Below are positions 42,504 through 51,430 of a stretch of DNA of 64,000 bases, one piece after another. The notes beneath the pieces were generated by a model. That model did no database searches. It was given only the letters and a program-made list of their open reading frames with translations, and had not been told where the DNA came from. The stretch comes from Candidatus Nanopelagicales bacterium (GTDB lineage: Bacteria > Actinomycetota > Actinomycetes > S36-B12 > UBA5976): assembly GCA_049421205.1 (NCBI GenBank), contig JBMSMQ010000002.1, forward strand, positions 1,313-65,312, written 5' to 3'. Numbering within the stretch: position 1 is the stretch's first letter; every line of letters starts with the position of its first letter. A program made the position numbers and the translations under genes.

Positions 42504-43370
42504 ATGACGACTGAGAGTGGCTCGCCGTATGTTCCTTCCCAAAAGCGCTTAGCGCGGGAAAAGGAACGAAGGCGAGCCACTCGTCGTTCTGCGTATTTAG
42601 CCGCATCATCTACCATCGTTTTTTCATTAATTTTGATTTTTGCAATAACAAGTGCGCCAGGTTGGCCCCGAGTGCAGGCTTCGTTCTTCGATCTCAGTAT
42701 CGCAAGAGAAAGCATCCCGTTTGTACTTGAAGGTCTTTGGCTCAATATTCGGGTGATGGCAATTTCAGCAATCGTCATCATGATTCTCGGAACTGCTCTT
42801 GCACTCGCTCGGACTTCAAAGTCACCGATTCTGTTTCCAGTTCGAGCTTTGGCGGCTGCCTACACGGATATCTTTCGTGGTCTACCACTTTTGCTTGTCA
42901 TACTCCTTTTGGGACTCGGAGTTCCAGGACTTCGACTTGAGGGTATTCCTAACTCGGTTGTCTTCCTTGGAGGTCTCGCACTTGTTTTGACCTATAGTGC
43001 CTATGTTGCAGAGGTACTTCGTGCAGGGATAGAAAGTATTCACCCCACTCAACGGATGGCAGCTCGTGCACTTGGCTTATCGCAGTTTCAAACATTGCGG
43101 CATGTCGTTATGCCGCAAGCAATACGTCGTGTGACTCCACCACTGCTAAACGATCTCGTCTCTTTACAAAAGGATTCAGGACTCATCTCCGTGCTCGGAG
43201 CCATCGATGCGATTAAAGCGGCACAAATCCTCACCGCACGCGACTTCAACTTCACACCATACCTAGTAGCAGGTGTGGTATTCGTTTTATTGACGATTCC
43301 GCTCACTCGAGTCACTGACTATTTAGCCAAACGCGTTGAAAAACGACAAGCAATCGGTGGTGGCGTATGA
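42504..43370 (+). CDS. amino-acid ABC transporter permease (HisMQ/GlnP type)
   Basis: Polytopic protein with an EAA-like loop (RAGIESIHPTQRMAARALGLS). ATGA overlap with the ATPase gene. Confidence 0.9.
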   Translation: MTTESGSPYVPSQKRLAREKERRRATRRSAYLAASSTIVFSLILIFAITSAPGWPRVQASFFDLSIARESIPFVLEGLWLNIRVMAISAIVIMILGTALALARTSKSPILFPVRALAAAYTDIFRGLPLLLVILLLGLGVPGLRLEGIPNSVVFLGGLALVLTYSAYVAEVLRAGIESIHPTQRMAARALGLSQFQTLRHVVMPQAIRRVTPPLLNDLVSLQKDSGLISVLGAIDAIKAAQILTARDFNFTPYLVAGVVFVLLTIPLTRVTDYLAKRVEKRQAIGGGV

Positions 43371-44113
43371 AACCTGTCTTGGATCTGATGAATGTCAGAA
43401 AATCATTCGGCACAGACGTTGTTCTTCAGGATATCAATTTATCGGTACAGAATCATTCAGTAACTGTTTTGATTGGTGCGAGCGGTTCTGGAAAATCTAC
43501 GTTACTTCGATGCATCAATTTACTCGAAACTATCGATGATGGAGAAATCTGGCTCTCAGAATCTGAAATCACTTCAATCAAGTTTGATCAAGATGCGGCG
43601 CGTAAACGGATGGGGATAGTGTTTCAAAATTTTAATCTGTTTCCCCACCTCAGTGTTCTTGAGAACATCACTCTCGCCCCCACCATCGTGCACGGTGTTG
43701 ATGCATCGATAGCACAGCAACGAGCATTGGAATTACTTTCTCGTTTTGGGCTAGAAGTGAAAGCGAATGAATTTCCTGATCGACTCTCAGGAGGTCAGCA
43801 GCAGCGTGTAGCGATCCTGCGAGCCATTGCAACCGCACCTGAGATCCTGCTCTTGGATGAAGTCACAAGTGCTCTCGACCCTGTTCTCGTAGCGGAAGTA
43901 CTTCAGCTCGTATCAGAATTGCGAACAGATGGTATGACGATGGTTGTGGCAACTCATGAAATGGGATTTGCTCGTAGAGTTGCAGACCAAGTTGGTTTTC
44001 TTCATCACGGACGATTGCTTGAGCTAGGAACAGCAGAGCAGATTTTAGATAATCCACAAACACCAGAATTACAGAGTTTTCTCAAGTCTGTACGTGAAGC
44101 AGGGCGGTTGTAG
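43367..44113 (+). CDS. amino-acid ABC transporter ATP-binding protein (GlnQ type)
   Basis: Walker A GASGSGKST, signature LSGGQQQRVAI, Walker B ILLLDE. Confidence 0.95.
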   Translation: MKPVLDLMNVRKSFGTDVVLQDINLSVQNHSVTVLIGASGSGKSTLLRCINLLETIDDGEIWLSESEITSIKFDQDAARKRMGIVFQNFNLFPHLSVLENITLAPTIVHGVDASIAQQRALELLSRFGLEVKANEFPDRLSGGQQQRVAILRAIATAPEILLLDEVTSALDPVLVAEVLQLVSELRTDGMTMVVATHEMGFARRVADQVGFLHHGRLLELGTAEQILDNPQTPELQSFLKSVREAGRL

Positions 44114-44153
44114 AGGCGAGTATCCTTTGCCCTTCTTACATCCGGAGTAATAC

Positions 44154-47100
44154 ATGTATAAAAACGTGCCACCACGATTAGATCTCGTTTCGATGGAACA
44201 CGAGATTTTGTCACTTTGGGATGCTGGAAAAATCTTCGAAAAATCGCTCGATCAAACAAAAGATAAACCGCGTTGGGTGTTTTACGAAGGGCCACCAACT
44301 GCAAACGGAACTCCAGGCACGCATCACGTAGAAGCTCGAGTCTTCAAAGATGTATTCCCTCGGTATAAAACGATGAAAGGGTTCCATGTCCCACGCAAAG
44401 CCGGGTGGGATTGCCACGGCTTACCAGTGGAAATTGCAGTCGAGAAGGAACTCGGATTTCAAGGAAAAGGCGACATAGAAAACTTTGGGGTCGCCGAATT
44501 CAATGAAAAATGTCGGGAATCTGTGGTTCGCCACGTCAATGAATTTACTGAGATGACCAAGCGCATGGCCTATTGGGTTGACTTTGATGAAGCATATTGG
44601 ACGATGAATCCAGACTACATTGAAAGTGTCTGGTGGAGCTTGAAAGTGATCTTTGACAAAGGCCTGTTGGTCCAAGACCACAGAGTGTCACCCTATTGCC
44701 CTCGTTGCGGTACTGGACTTTCCGATCATGAACTTGCCCAAGGTTATGAAGATATCACCGATGACTCTGTGTATGTGAACTTCAAAGTAATTGGCGAACT
44801 TGCCTCCACATATTCAGATCTCTCTCTTGTTATTTGGACGACAACTCCTTGGACACTTCTTAGTAATACTGCAGCAGCGGTACATCCAGACATTGACTAT
44901 GTAATTGTCACTGAAGATAACGAACAACACTTTATCGTTGCCAAAGATCTTGTTTCAAAACTATTTGGTGACGAGGCCACAATCAAAGCGGTGCTGCGAG
45001 GTCGCGACTTAGAAGGTGTTCGATACCAGCGACCGTTTGAGTACGTGGAATTTCCAGAAACAGACGCTCCGCTACACAGTGTGCTACTTGCTGATTTTGT
45101 CACTGTTGAAGAAGGAACTGGGATCGTTCATGAAGCGCCAGCATTTGGTGCAGAAGATTTACTTTTATGTAAGCAGTATGGACTTCCAGTGGTAAATCCG
45201 ATACTGAGTGATGGAACTTTCTCACCAGAAATTGCCCTGGTTGGAGGTATGTTCTTTAAGGACGCTGACAAAACTATTGTGAAGGAATTGAAAAGCACTG
45301 GGCTACTCTTCAAACACGAACCATTCCTCCACCCCTATCCACACTGTTGGCGCTGTCACACGCCGTTGATTTACTACGCGCAACCTTCCTGGTATATCAA
45401 AACCACAGCAATTAAAGATGCACTGTTGCGTGAAAATGAAGCAACGAACTGGTATCCATCGACAATCAAGTGGGGTCGCTTCGGTGACTGGCTTCATAAC
45501 AATGTTGATTGGGCGTTATCACGGAATCGCTATTGGGGAACTCCGCTACCGATTTGGCGTTGTGAATCTGACCACCTTACGTGTATTGGATCCCTTTCTG
45601 AGCTTGGACAAAAATCGGGAGTTGATGTAGCGAACATCGATCCACACCGGCCTTATGTAGATGACATCAGTATCGTGTGCGATCAATGTGGAGATTCCGC
45701 CACTCGTGTGCCCGAGGTCATTGATTGCTGGTATGACAGCGGCGCAATGCCATTTGCCCAGTGGGGATATCCACACAATAAACAAGCAAACATTGAAGAC
45801 GAATATCCTGCTGACTTTATCTGTGAGGCAATAGACCAAACCCGCGGTTGGTTCTATACCTTGATGGCGATTGGAACGCTGGTTTTTGATAAGTCCTCGT
45901 ACGAGAATGTGGTCTGCCTTGGTCATATCTTGGATGAGCAAGGACGAAAAATGTCCAAGCATCTTGGGAACGTACTTGAACCTGTTGGCCTCATGGATGA
46001 GCATGGAGCGGATGCCCTTCGCTGGTACATGCTCGCAAGCGGTTCACCATGGCAGGCACGTCGGGTTGGACATACCAATATTGCAGAAGTTGTTCGGAAA
46101 GTGCTGCTCACGTACTGGTCAACTGTCTCATTCCAAGCACTCTATGCACGAGAAAGTGACTTTACGTATCAGAAAGACACCGCATCAAAATTCCGAGAGC
46201 GTCCACTCATCGATCAGTGGCTGCTTAACGAAAGCAACTTGCTAGCAAAAAATGTGGACCGGGCACTTGAAGTGTTTGACACTCAAAGAGCGGGAAAAGT
46301 CATTTCAGAATTCATAGATTTGCTTTCAAATTGGTATGTTCGCAGAAACCGGCGACGATTCTGGGACGGGGAGAAATCAGCGCTTGAAACATTACATGAA
46401 GCGTTAGAAACACTGACCTTGGTTCTTGCTCCATTCACCCCATTTATCGCAGAACGAGTTTGGCAGGATTTATTTGTTGGTACAAATCCTGATGTTCCAT
46501 CAGTTCATCTGGCCTCCTGGCCTGATGTCGACGAAGAACGACTCGACACCAACCTTTCCGAGCATATGCAAATCATCATTGAACTCGTGGAACTTGGTCG
46601 TGCCGCGAGGGCAGAGTCGAAAGTAAAAACCAGACAACCTCTAGCACGCGCGCTCATTGGATCAAGCAAGTGGTCAAGCATTCCATCGGAGTTGAAGCAG
46701 CATGTATCTGATGAACTTAATGTTAAAGTTGTCGAATCTCTCGCGGAAGCCGAAGGAGAATTAACTTCGATATCACTTAAAGCGAACTTTCGAAATCTAG
46801 GTAAACGCTATGGCAGTAACACCCAACAGGTGGCAAATCTCCTCCACTCGCAAGATGCAAATGCCGTGAGAGATGAATTACAAACAAATTCTGTCTTCAA
46901 ATTACATGATGCTGCTCTTGGTGAAATCGAGTTCACGGAAGAAGATGTCATCATCACTGAGTTACCAAAATCAGGTTGGGCAGTTTCATCATCAGATGGG
47001 CTCTCAGTTGCTCTTGACCTCACGCTTAATGATGACCTCATGCATGAAGGAATTGCGCGAGAGGTAGTGAGGCTCTTGCAAGAATCTCGAAAGTCATCTG

Positions 47101-47297
47101 GTTTTGAGGTAAGTAATCGAATTGTTGTTCATTGGCAATGTAACAATGAGGATACAAGAACTGCAATCAAGAAACATCAGGAGTGGATTGCGTCAGAAGT
47201 ATTAGCCCTCACATTTGAAGAATCGGATGCATCACTTTCGTATTCTGTGAAATCAGATGATCTTGGTTTTACCGGCTGGATTGAAGTTAAAAACTAG
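44154..47297 (+). CDS. ileS: isoleucine-tRNA ligase (long type-2 form typical of Actinobacteria)
   Basis: 1047 aa. HIGH-region PTANGTPGTHH and KMSKS-region KMSKHLGN. SD GGAG lies 8 nt before the ATG. Only 40 nt separate it from the ABC ATPase gene. Confidence 0.97.
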   Translation: MYKNVPPRLDLVSMEHEILSLWDAGKIFEKSLDQTKDKPRWVFYEGPPTANGTPGTHHVEARVFKDVFPRYKTMKGFHVPRKAGWDCHGLPVEIAVEKELGFQGKGDIENFGVAEFNEKCRESVVRHVNEFTEMTKRMAYWVDFDEAYWTMNPDYIESVWWSLKVIFDKGLLVQDHRVSPYCPRCGTGLSDHELAQGYEDITDDSVYVNFKVIGELASTYSDLSLVIWTTTPWTLLSNTAAAVHPDIDYVIVTEDNEQHFIVAKDLVSKLFGDEATIKAVLRGRDLEGVRYQRPFEYVEFPETDAPLHSVLLADFVTVEEGTGIVHEAPAFGAEDLLLCKQYGLPVVNPILSDGTFSPEIALVGGMFFKDADKTIVKELKSTGLLFKHEPFLHPYPHCWRCHTPLIYYAQPSWYIKTTAIKDALLRENEATNWYPSTIKWGRFGDWLHNNVDWALSRNRYWGTPLPIWRCESDHLTCIGSLSELGQKSGVDVANIDPHRPYVDDISIVCDQCGDSATRVPEVIDCWYDSGAMPFAQWGYPHNKQANIEDEYPADFICEAIDQTRGWFYTLMAIGTLVFDKSSYENVVCLGHILDEQGRKMSKHLGNVLEPVGLMDEHGADALRWYMLASGSPWQARRVGHTNIAEVVRKVLLTYWSTVSFQALYARESDFTYQKDTASKFRERPLIDQWLLNESNLLAKNVDRALEVFDTQRAGKVISEFIDLLSNWYVRRNRRRFWDGEKSALETLHEALETLTLVLAPFTPFIAERVWQDLFVGTNPDVPSVHLASWPDVDEERLDTNLSEHMQIIIELVELGRAARAESKVKTRQPLARALIGSSKWSSIPSELKQHVSDELNVKVVESLAEAEGELTSISLKANFRNLGKRYGSNTQQVANLLHSQDANAVRDELQTNSVFKLHDAALGEIEFTEEDVIITELPKSGWAVSSSDGLSVALDLTLNDDLMHEGIAREVVRLLQESRKSSGFEVSNRIVVHWQCNNEDTRTAIKKHQEWIASEVLALTFEESDASLSYSVKSDDLGFTGWIEVKN

Positions 47298-47575
47298 AGC
47301 CTTGCAACAAGTGGAATCAAAAGCTGAATCACGATAATGAGCACTAGGAACGATAGGTCAAGTGAAATTGAACCTAACCGCAACGGCGGAATAAACCTGC
47401 GTAAGAAATTCAACGGTGGATCAGTAATACGAAACACGCTATCCACAAGTACGAGCACAAACCCCTGAGGGCGCCACGAAGGCGAAAACATCATGACATA
47501 ATCAAGAATGATCCGCCCAATCAGCACGTACACATATAAGGACAGCGCTAGAGCTATGTAAGTACCTATTTGCAT
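47294..47575 (-). CDS. yggT: YggT-family membrane protein
   Basis: About 93 aa with two TM segments, directly after sepF. The ATG at 47575 shares one nt with the sepF TGA. Its stop overlaps the convergent ileS stop within CTAG. Confidence 0.85.
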   Translation of the reverse strand: MQIGTYIALALSLYVYVLIGRIILDYVMMFSPSWRPQGFVLVLVDSVFRITDPPLNFLRRFIPPLRLGSISLDLSFLVLIIVIQLLIPLVARL

Positions 47576-48012
47576 CAACTTTGATTAAAGAAACCATCGT
47601 GGCGCAAGGTTGCTCGCGCATCATCTTGAACATCAACATTTTTTGGGCTGATCAAGAAAACCGAGTTTGAGATTTTCTCAATTTTGCCTTCGAGTCCATG
47701 AACAAGTCCAGATGCATAGTCAACTAATCGACGCTTATTTACTTCATCAATGTCACTAACATTCATAATGACCGCGTGACCTTTACGGAACTCTTCGCCA
47801 ATTTGTCGCGCATCATTAAAGGAACGTGGCAAGATGGTGATGATTCGGGCATCTGGTTCTGGTTTTGGTGCTTCGTAGGTTTCTGTGACAGGGGTGAGGT
47901 TTCCACGGCGGTAAGTTCGCTGCGGTTGCACCTCTTCCACAGGGGAATCAATAATTTCTTCGGTTTCAGTCAATCCAAGGTATTCGCCGAGTCGGCGAAA
48001 AGCGTTTGGCAT
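47575..48012 (-). CDS. sepF: cell division protein SepF
   Basis: 145 aa. Conserved C-terminal domain (SFNDARQIGE, VIMNVSDID) and the yggS-sepF-yggT context. Confidence 0.9.
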   Translation of the reverse strand: MPNAFRRLGEYLGLTETEEIIDSPVEEVQPQRTYRRGNLTPVTETYEAPKPEPDARIITILPRSFNDARQIGEEFRKGHAVIMNVSDIDEVNKRRLVDYASGLVHGLEGKIEKISNSVFLISPKNVDVQDDARATLRHDGFFNQS

Positions 48013-48069
48013 CGCAAAGCCCTTTCACTCTGAGCGCGGTGGGGGAAGCACGCTTGGACACAAAATACC

Positions 48070-48762
48070 CTAAAGAGGGCGATTTCCGAGCAATTTAGAG
48101 CCTATTCGAAGGTGTGTCGCGCCAATCTGGATAGCTTCTTGTAGGTCAGAGGACATTCCAGCTGAAACGACCTTAGCGCTCGGGTGGCGCTTTCTAAATT
48201 CGTATAGCACCTCCGCAAAACCCTTAAACGCTTGTCTCGCTTCAACCTGAGGCGAGGCGATAAACATCAATCCACCCAGATTCACATTGCCTAGCCGATG
48301 AATGAGGGTTGCCAAATTTTCGGCCTCTTCGGCGCTCACTCCGGCTCTGGAGTTCGGATAATCTGGATCCAGATTGATTTGTATCAAAAGATCAATCGTT
48401 TTTCCTACCTTCTGGGCTTGACTATTGAACTTCTCAATATGCTCGTCGCTATCGAGTGAATGAACGACATCAGCCAGCCTCGTAATCTCGCGAATCTTGT
48501 TGCTTTGAACCTGTCCTATGAAGTGCCACGTGGATATCAGGTCACTGACTTCTTCATATTTCTTAGAAAACTCCTGTACGCGACTTTCGCCAAAATCATT
48601 GACGCCAAGTTCATTGAGCAAACGAATATCACTTGCTGGAAAATTCTTGGTAATAGCAATGAGCGTAATCTCGTTCGGATCTCGGTCGTTTTGTTCACAA
48701 GCACGCATAATTTCAGACTGAATAACTTTTAAGTTTGAGGCTAATTCGTCTTTTCTATTCAT
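48070..48762 (-). CDS. yggS: YggS-family pyridoxal-phosphate homeostasis protein
   Basis: 230 aa alanine-racemase-N fold (AITKNF, WHFIGQVQSNK, LRIGSKLLG). ATGA overlap with pgeF. Confidence 0.9.
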   Translation of the reverse strand: MNRKDELASNLKVIQSEIMRACEQNDRDPNEITLIAITKNFPASDIRLLNELGVNDFGESRVQEFSKKYEEVSDLISTWHFIGQVQSNKIREITRLADVVHSLDSDEHIEKFNSQAQKVGKTIDLLIQINLDPDYPNSRAGVSAEEAENLATLIHRLGNVNLGGLMFIASPQVEARQAFKGFAEVLYEFRKRHPSAKVVSAGMSSDLQEAIQIGATHLRIGSKLLGNRPL

Positions 48763-49454
48763 CTGATTTTCACCACTGCTGCTTGCCGACCTGTATCATG
48801 ATTTCTTCTAAACGAGAACAATTTATCTGTCTCATATGTACAAGGTCCAAGCATCTCAACCCTGAATCCTCGTTCTTCAAAAAATCGAGAAAGACCTGCT
48901 CGCAGATCTAAGCCGCCTTTCTGATGAGATCCTGGCAATGCTTCTTCCACCTGCTGCAGTCTGTCGTGGGGAACTTGATAGCACGCCCCACAAATTGCTG
49001 GTCCAAGGATGATTTCGACTTCCGTCAAATCTTGGCTTTCGAAAATTGCAACAATCTCATGAGCAATATTTGCTGCTGCACCCTTCCAGCCGATATGTGC
49101 AGTGAGGGTGAAAGGTTCTTTATGAGAGATTGCAATCAGTGGCACGCAGTCTGCCGACATCGTCGCTAGCACAATCTCAGGATTTGTCGTGTAGATGATA
49201 TCGGCAGGTTTCACACTTTGTTTTTTTTCCATAATCTGAAGCGACGTTGTAGAGTGAGTGAGTTCCGGCCAAAAGATTGACTCTGGTGACACATCCATCA
49301 TTGCCGCTATGTGATTTCGGTTTTTTTGAACAGCTGACAGGCTATCCCCTACATGTGTCGCGACGTTCAAGTCTCGGTAATTACCGATAGAGAAACCATC
49401 ATTGAATCGCGATGTGAACATCCAAAGAGCATATTCACACTCACTTCGCCACAT
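48759..49454 (-). CDS. pgeF: peptidoglycan editing factor PgeF / YfiH-family laccase-domain protein
   Basis: Motifs SADCVP, HIGWKG and CGACY. Position directly after ftsZ. ATG at 49454; ATG at 49421 is an alternative start. Confidence 0.88.
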   Translation of the reverse strand: MWRSECEYALWMFTSRFNDGFSIGNYRDLNVATHVGDSLSAVQKNRNHIAAMMDVSPESIFWPELTHSTTSLQIMEKKQSVKPADIIYTTNPEIVLATMSADCVPLIAISHKEPFTLTAHIGWKGAAANIAHEIVAIFESQDLTEVEIILGPAICGACYQVPHDRLQQVEEALPGSHQKGGLDLRAGLSRFFEERGFRVEMLGPCTYETDKLFSFRRNHDTGRQAAVVKIR

Positions 49455-49456
49455 TG

Positions 49457-50626
49457 CTACTTCAAGAAATCTGGGACATCAACTTCGTCTTCGATTTCGC
49501 CATCGTCAAACACAATTGTTTGAATAGGTTTCGCTGGCGTTGCTTCTACAACTTCTTCGGATTCAGTGTTATTTTCACTTGCCAACCACGAAGGCAATTC
49601 CTCGGAATTCTCTACATCGGCTGAAATCTCGTTTTCAGCATTCGTTTGTAGCGTAGGAGCGGGCTTGTAGGCAGGCTGTCCTGAGTCAAATCCTGCGGCA
49701 ACAACGGTTACGATAACTTCATCGCCGAGTTTTTCGTCAATGACTGTTCCCCAGATGATGTTCGCATCTGGATGTACGATTTTTTGTACTAATCGAGCAG
49801 CTTCATTCACTTCAAATAGACCCAAGTCGCTTGCGCCTGCTATCGACAAAAGCACTCCCCTTGCCCCTTCAATGCTTGCCTCCAATAACGGTGATGCAAT
49901 TGCAGCCTCAGCAGCGATGACTGATCGATTTTCCCCACGTGCACGACCTATGCCCATAAATGCTCCGCCTGCATCTTTCATCACACTTCGGACGTCAGCA
50001 AAATCAACGTTGATGAGTCCTGGAGTTGTAATCATGTCGGTGATTCCACTTACACCTTGGAACAGAACCGAGTCTGCAATTTTGAAGGCTTCAATCATTG
50101 AAATTGAACGGTCATTGAGCGATAAGAGTCGATCATTCGGAATCACAATCAATGCATCGACTTCCTTGCGGAGTTCCTCAATGCCAAGTTCTGCAGTGAG
50201 CATTCTGCGTTTATTTTCAAAGTTAAATGGTTTTGTAACAACGCCTACAGTTAATGCACCAAGTGAGCGCGCAATTCTTGCGACTACGGGTGCTCCACCG
50301 GTTCCTGTGCCGCCACCTTCACCTGCAGTAATGAACACCATATCGGCGCCTCGAAGTGCTTCCTCGATTTGTTCGGCATGATCTTCGGCAGCCTGTCGTC
50401 CAACACTTGGGTCTGCACCTGCACCGAGTCCTCGCGTCAGCAATCGACCTATATCAAGTTTGACATCTGCTTCATTCATAATCAGGTCTTGAGAATCAGT
50501 GTTGATAGCAATAAATTCAACGCCTCTCAAACCTGATTCAATCATACGGCTTATTGCCTTACCGCCACCTCCGCCAATTCCAATAACCTTGATGACTGCG
50601 AGGTAATTCTGCGTCGACCCTGCCAT
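49457..50626 (-). CDS. ftsZ: cell division GTPase FtsZ
   Basis: Tubulin signature [10 protein letters not shown] and NTDSQ. ATG at 50626 ([21 protein letters not shown]) is preceded by GGAGGAA. The track start at 50656 is not supported. Confidence 0.97.
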   Translation of the reverse strand: MAGSTQNYLAVIKVIGIGGGGGKAISRMIESGLRGVEFIAINTDSQDLIMNEADVKLDIGRLLTRGLGAGADPSVGRQAAEDHAEQIEEALRGADMVFITAGEGGGTGTGGAPVVARIARSLGALTVGVVTKPFNFENKRRMLTAELGIEELRKEVDALIVIPNDRLLSLNDRSISMIEAFKIADSVLFQGVSGITDMITTPGLINVDFADVRSVMKDAGGAFMGIGRARGENRSVIAAEAAIASPLLEASIEGARGVLLSIAGASDLGLFEVNEAARLVQKIVHPDANIIWGTVIDEKLGDEVIVTVVAAGFDSGQPAYKPAPTLQTNAENEISADVENSEELPSWLASENNTESEEVVEATPAKPIQTIVFDDGEIEDEVDVPDFLK

Positions 50627-50646
50627 AGTGCCATTCCTCCAAAGTA

Positions 50647-50674
50647 TCAACCTCAAGCGTAGGCTTAAGGTTGA
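50647..50674 (-). promoter_or_regulatory. stem-loop in the ftsZ 5' leader
   Basis: TCAACCT/AGGTTGA (7 bp) plus an inner AAGC/GCTT (4 bp) around a 4-nt loop. It ends about 13 nt upstream of the ftsZ SD on the minus strand. Confidence 0.35.
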
Positions 50675-50743
50675 AGACGTTTTTCTGCTATGTCGAGAGT
50701 ATGTAAAAAAGTGGGTGAAACGAACTTTTCCTTCGGTGTGTCG

Positions 50744-51430
50744 CTAATTCCTCGTAGTGGGAAAATTTGGGGCACTAACGTCATAAAGTCTCGCATTTTT
50801 CGTCAGGAGCACCTCAAGAACTTTGATTTTACGAACTGTCTGCGTAGAACTTCCCCAAAAAACAGTTCTATTACTGGTGAGTCTCAGCTCAACGCTATCT
50901 TTAGTTTCGGCACTGATTGTCAACACCTGGCGCTTTATCGAATCTGGAATGGCCTGGATAACACCAGCGATGGCTGCACGAGCCGCTGTGGAATTAGCAG
51001 TTATAGGAATCAAACCATCGGGGACTTTTGACGATTCGCCATACATCACCCCAAACTCATCTACGAATCTCCAGGTACCTCCTTCTGCCATTGTGGCGAC
51101 AGGCATCCGCTCGGAAATTGCTAGAACAATTTCCGATGGCCAGACTCGTCTGATCTCCACAGACCCAACAGATGGAAATTTACTAAGGTTTTTTTGTATG
51201 GTCTCGCTATCAATTTTGGCAAGTGGCGTGCCAAGCGGAATCATTGCGGCATCAATGATGCTGTGTTCAGGGACGATTTTGCTACCTTGGACGCTTATTG
51301 TTTTCACCGCAAAAATGTCACTGAAATATACGAGATAAAAAGCACCGCTTGAAATGAGGAGGACAGGTAGTAACGTAAGAAGTCTTATTGCCCATTTACG
51401 ACGCTTTAATGCGCGAATTTCATTCACCAT
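50744..51430 (-). CDS. ftsQ: cell division protein FtsQ
   Basis: 228 aa with an N-terminal TM segment, POTRA-like region (FAVKTISVQGSKIV) and dcw position between murC and ftsZ. Confidence 0.88.
   Translation of the reverse strand: MVNEIRALKRRKWAIRLLTLLPVLLISSGAFYLVYFSDIFAVKTISVQGSKIVPEHSIIDAAMIPLGTPLAKIDSETIQKNLSKFPSVGSVEIRRVWPSEIVLAISERMPVATMAEGGTWRFVDEFGVMYGESSKVPDGLIPITANSTAARAAIAGVIQAIPDSIKRQVLTISAETKDSVELRLTSNRTVFWGSSTQTVRKIKVLEVLLTKNARLYDVSAPNFPTTRN

Noticed and set aside
44114-44153. Expected ileS T-box leader.
   Set aside because: The spacer is only 40 nt and has no T-box consensus. The absence is reported as a finding instead.
49740-50381. 213-aa plus-strand ORF antisense to ftsZ. 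Similar cases are 50823-51338 antisense to ftsQ, 25080-25577 antisense to SCO1-like/trpA, 38640-39095 antisense to the aldo-keto reductase, 19582-20025 antisense to pyrC and 45546-46004 antisense to ileS.
   Set aside because: All are shadow ORFs of well-supported genes. Their Ser/Ala/Pro/Arg-rich composition fits the reverse frame of conserved coding sequence. None has independent start signals.
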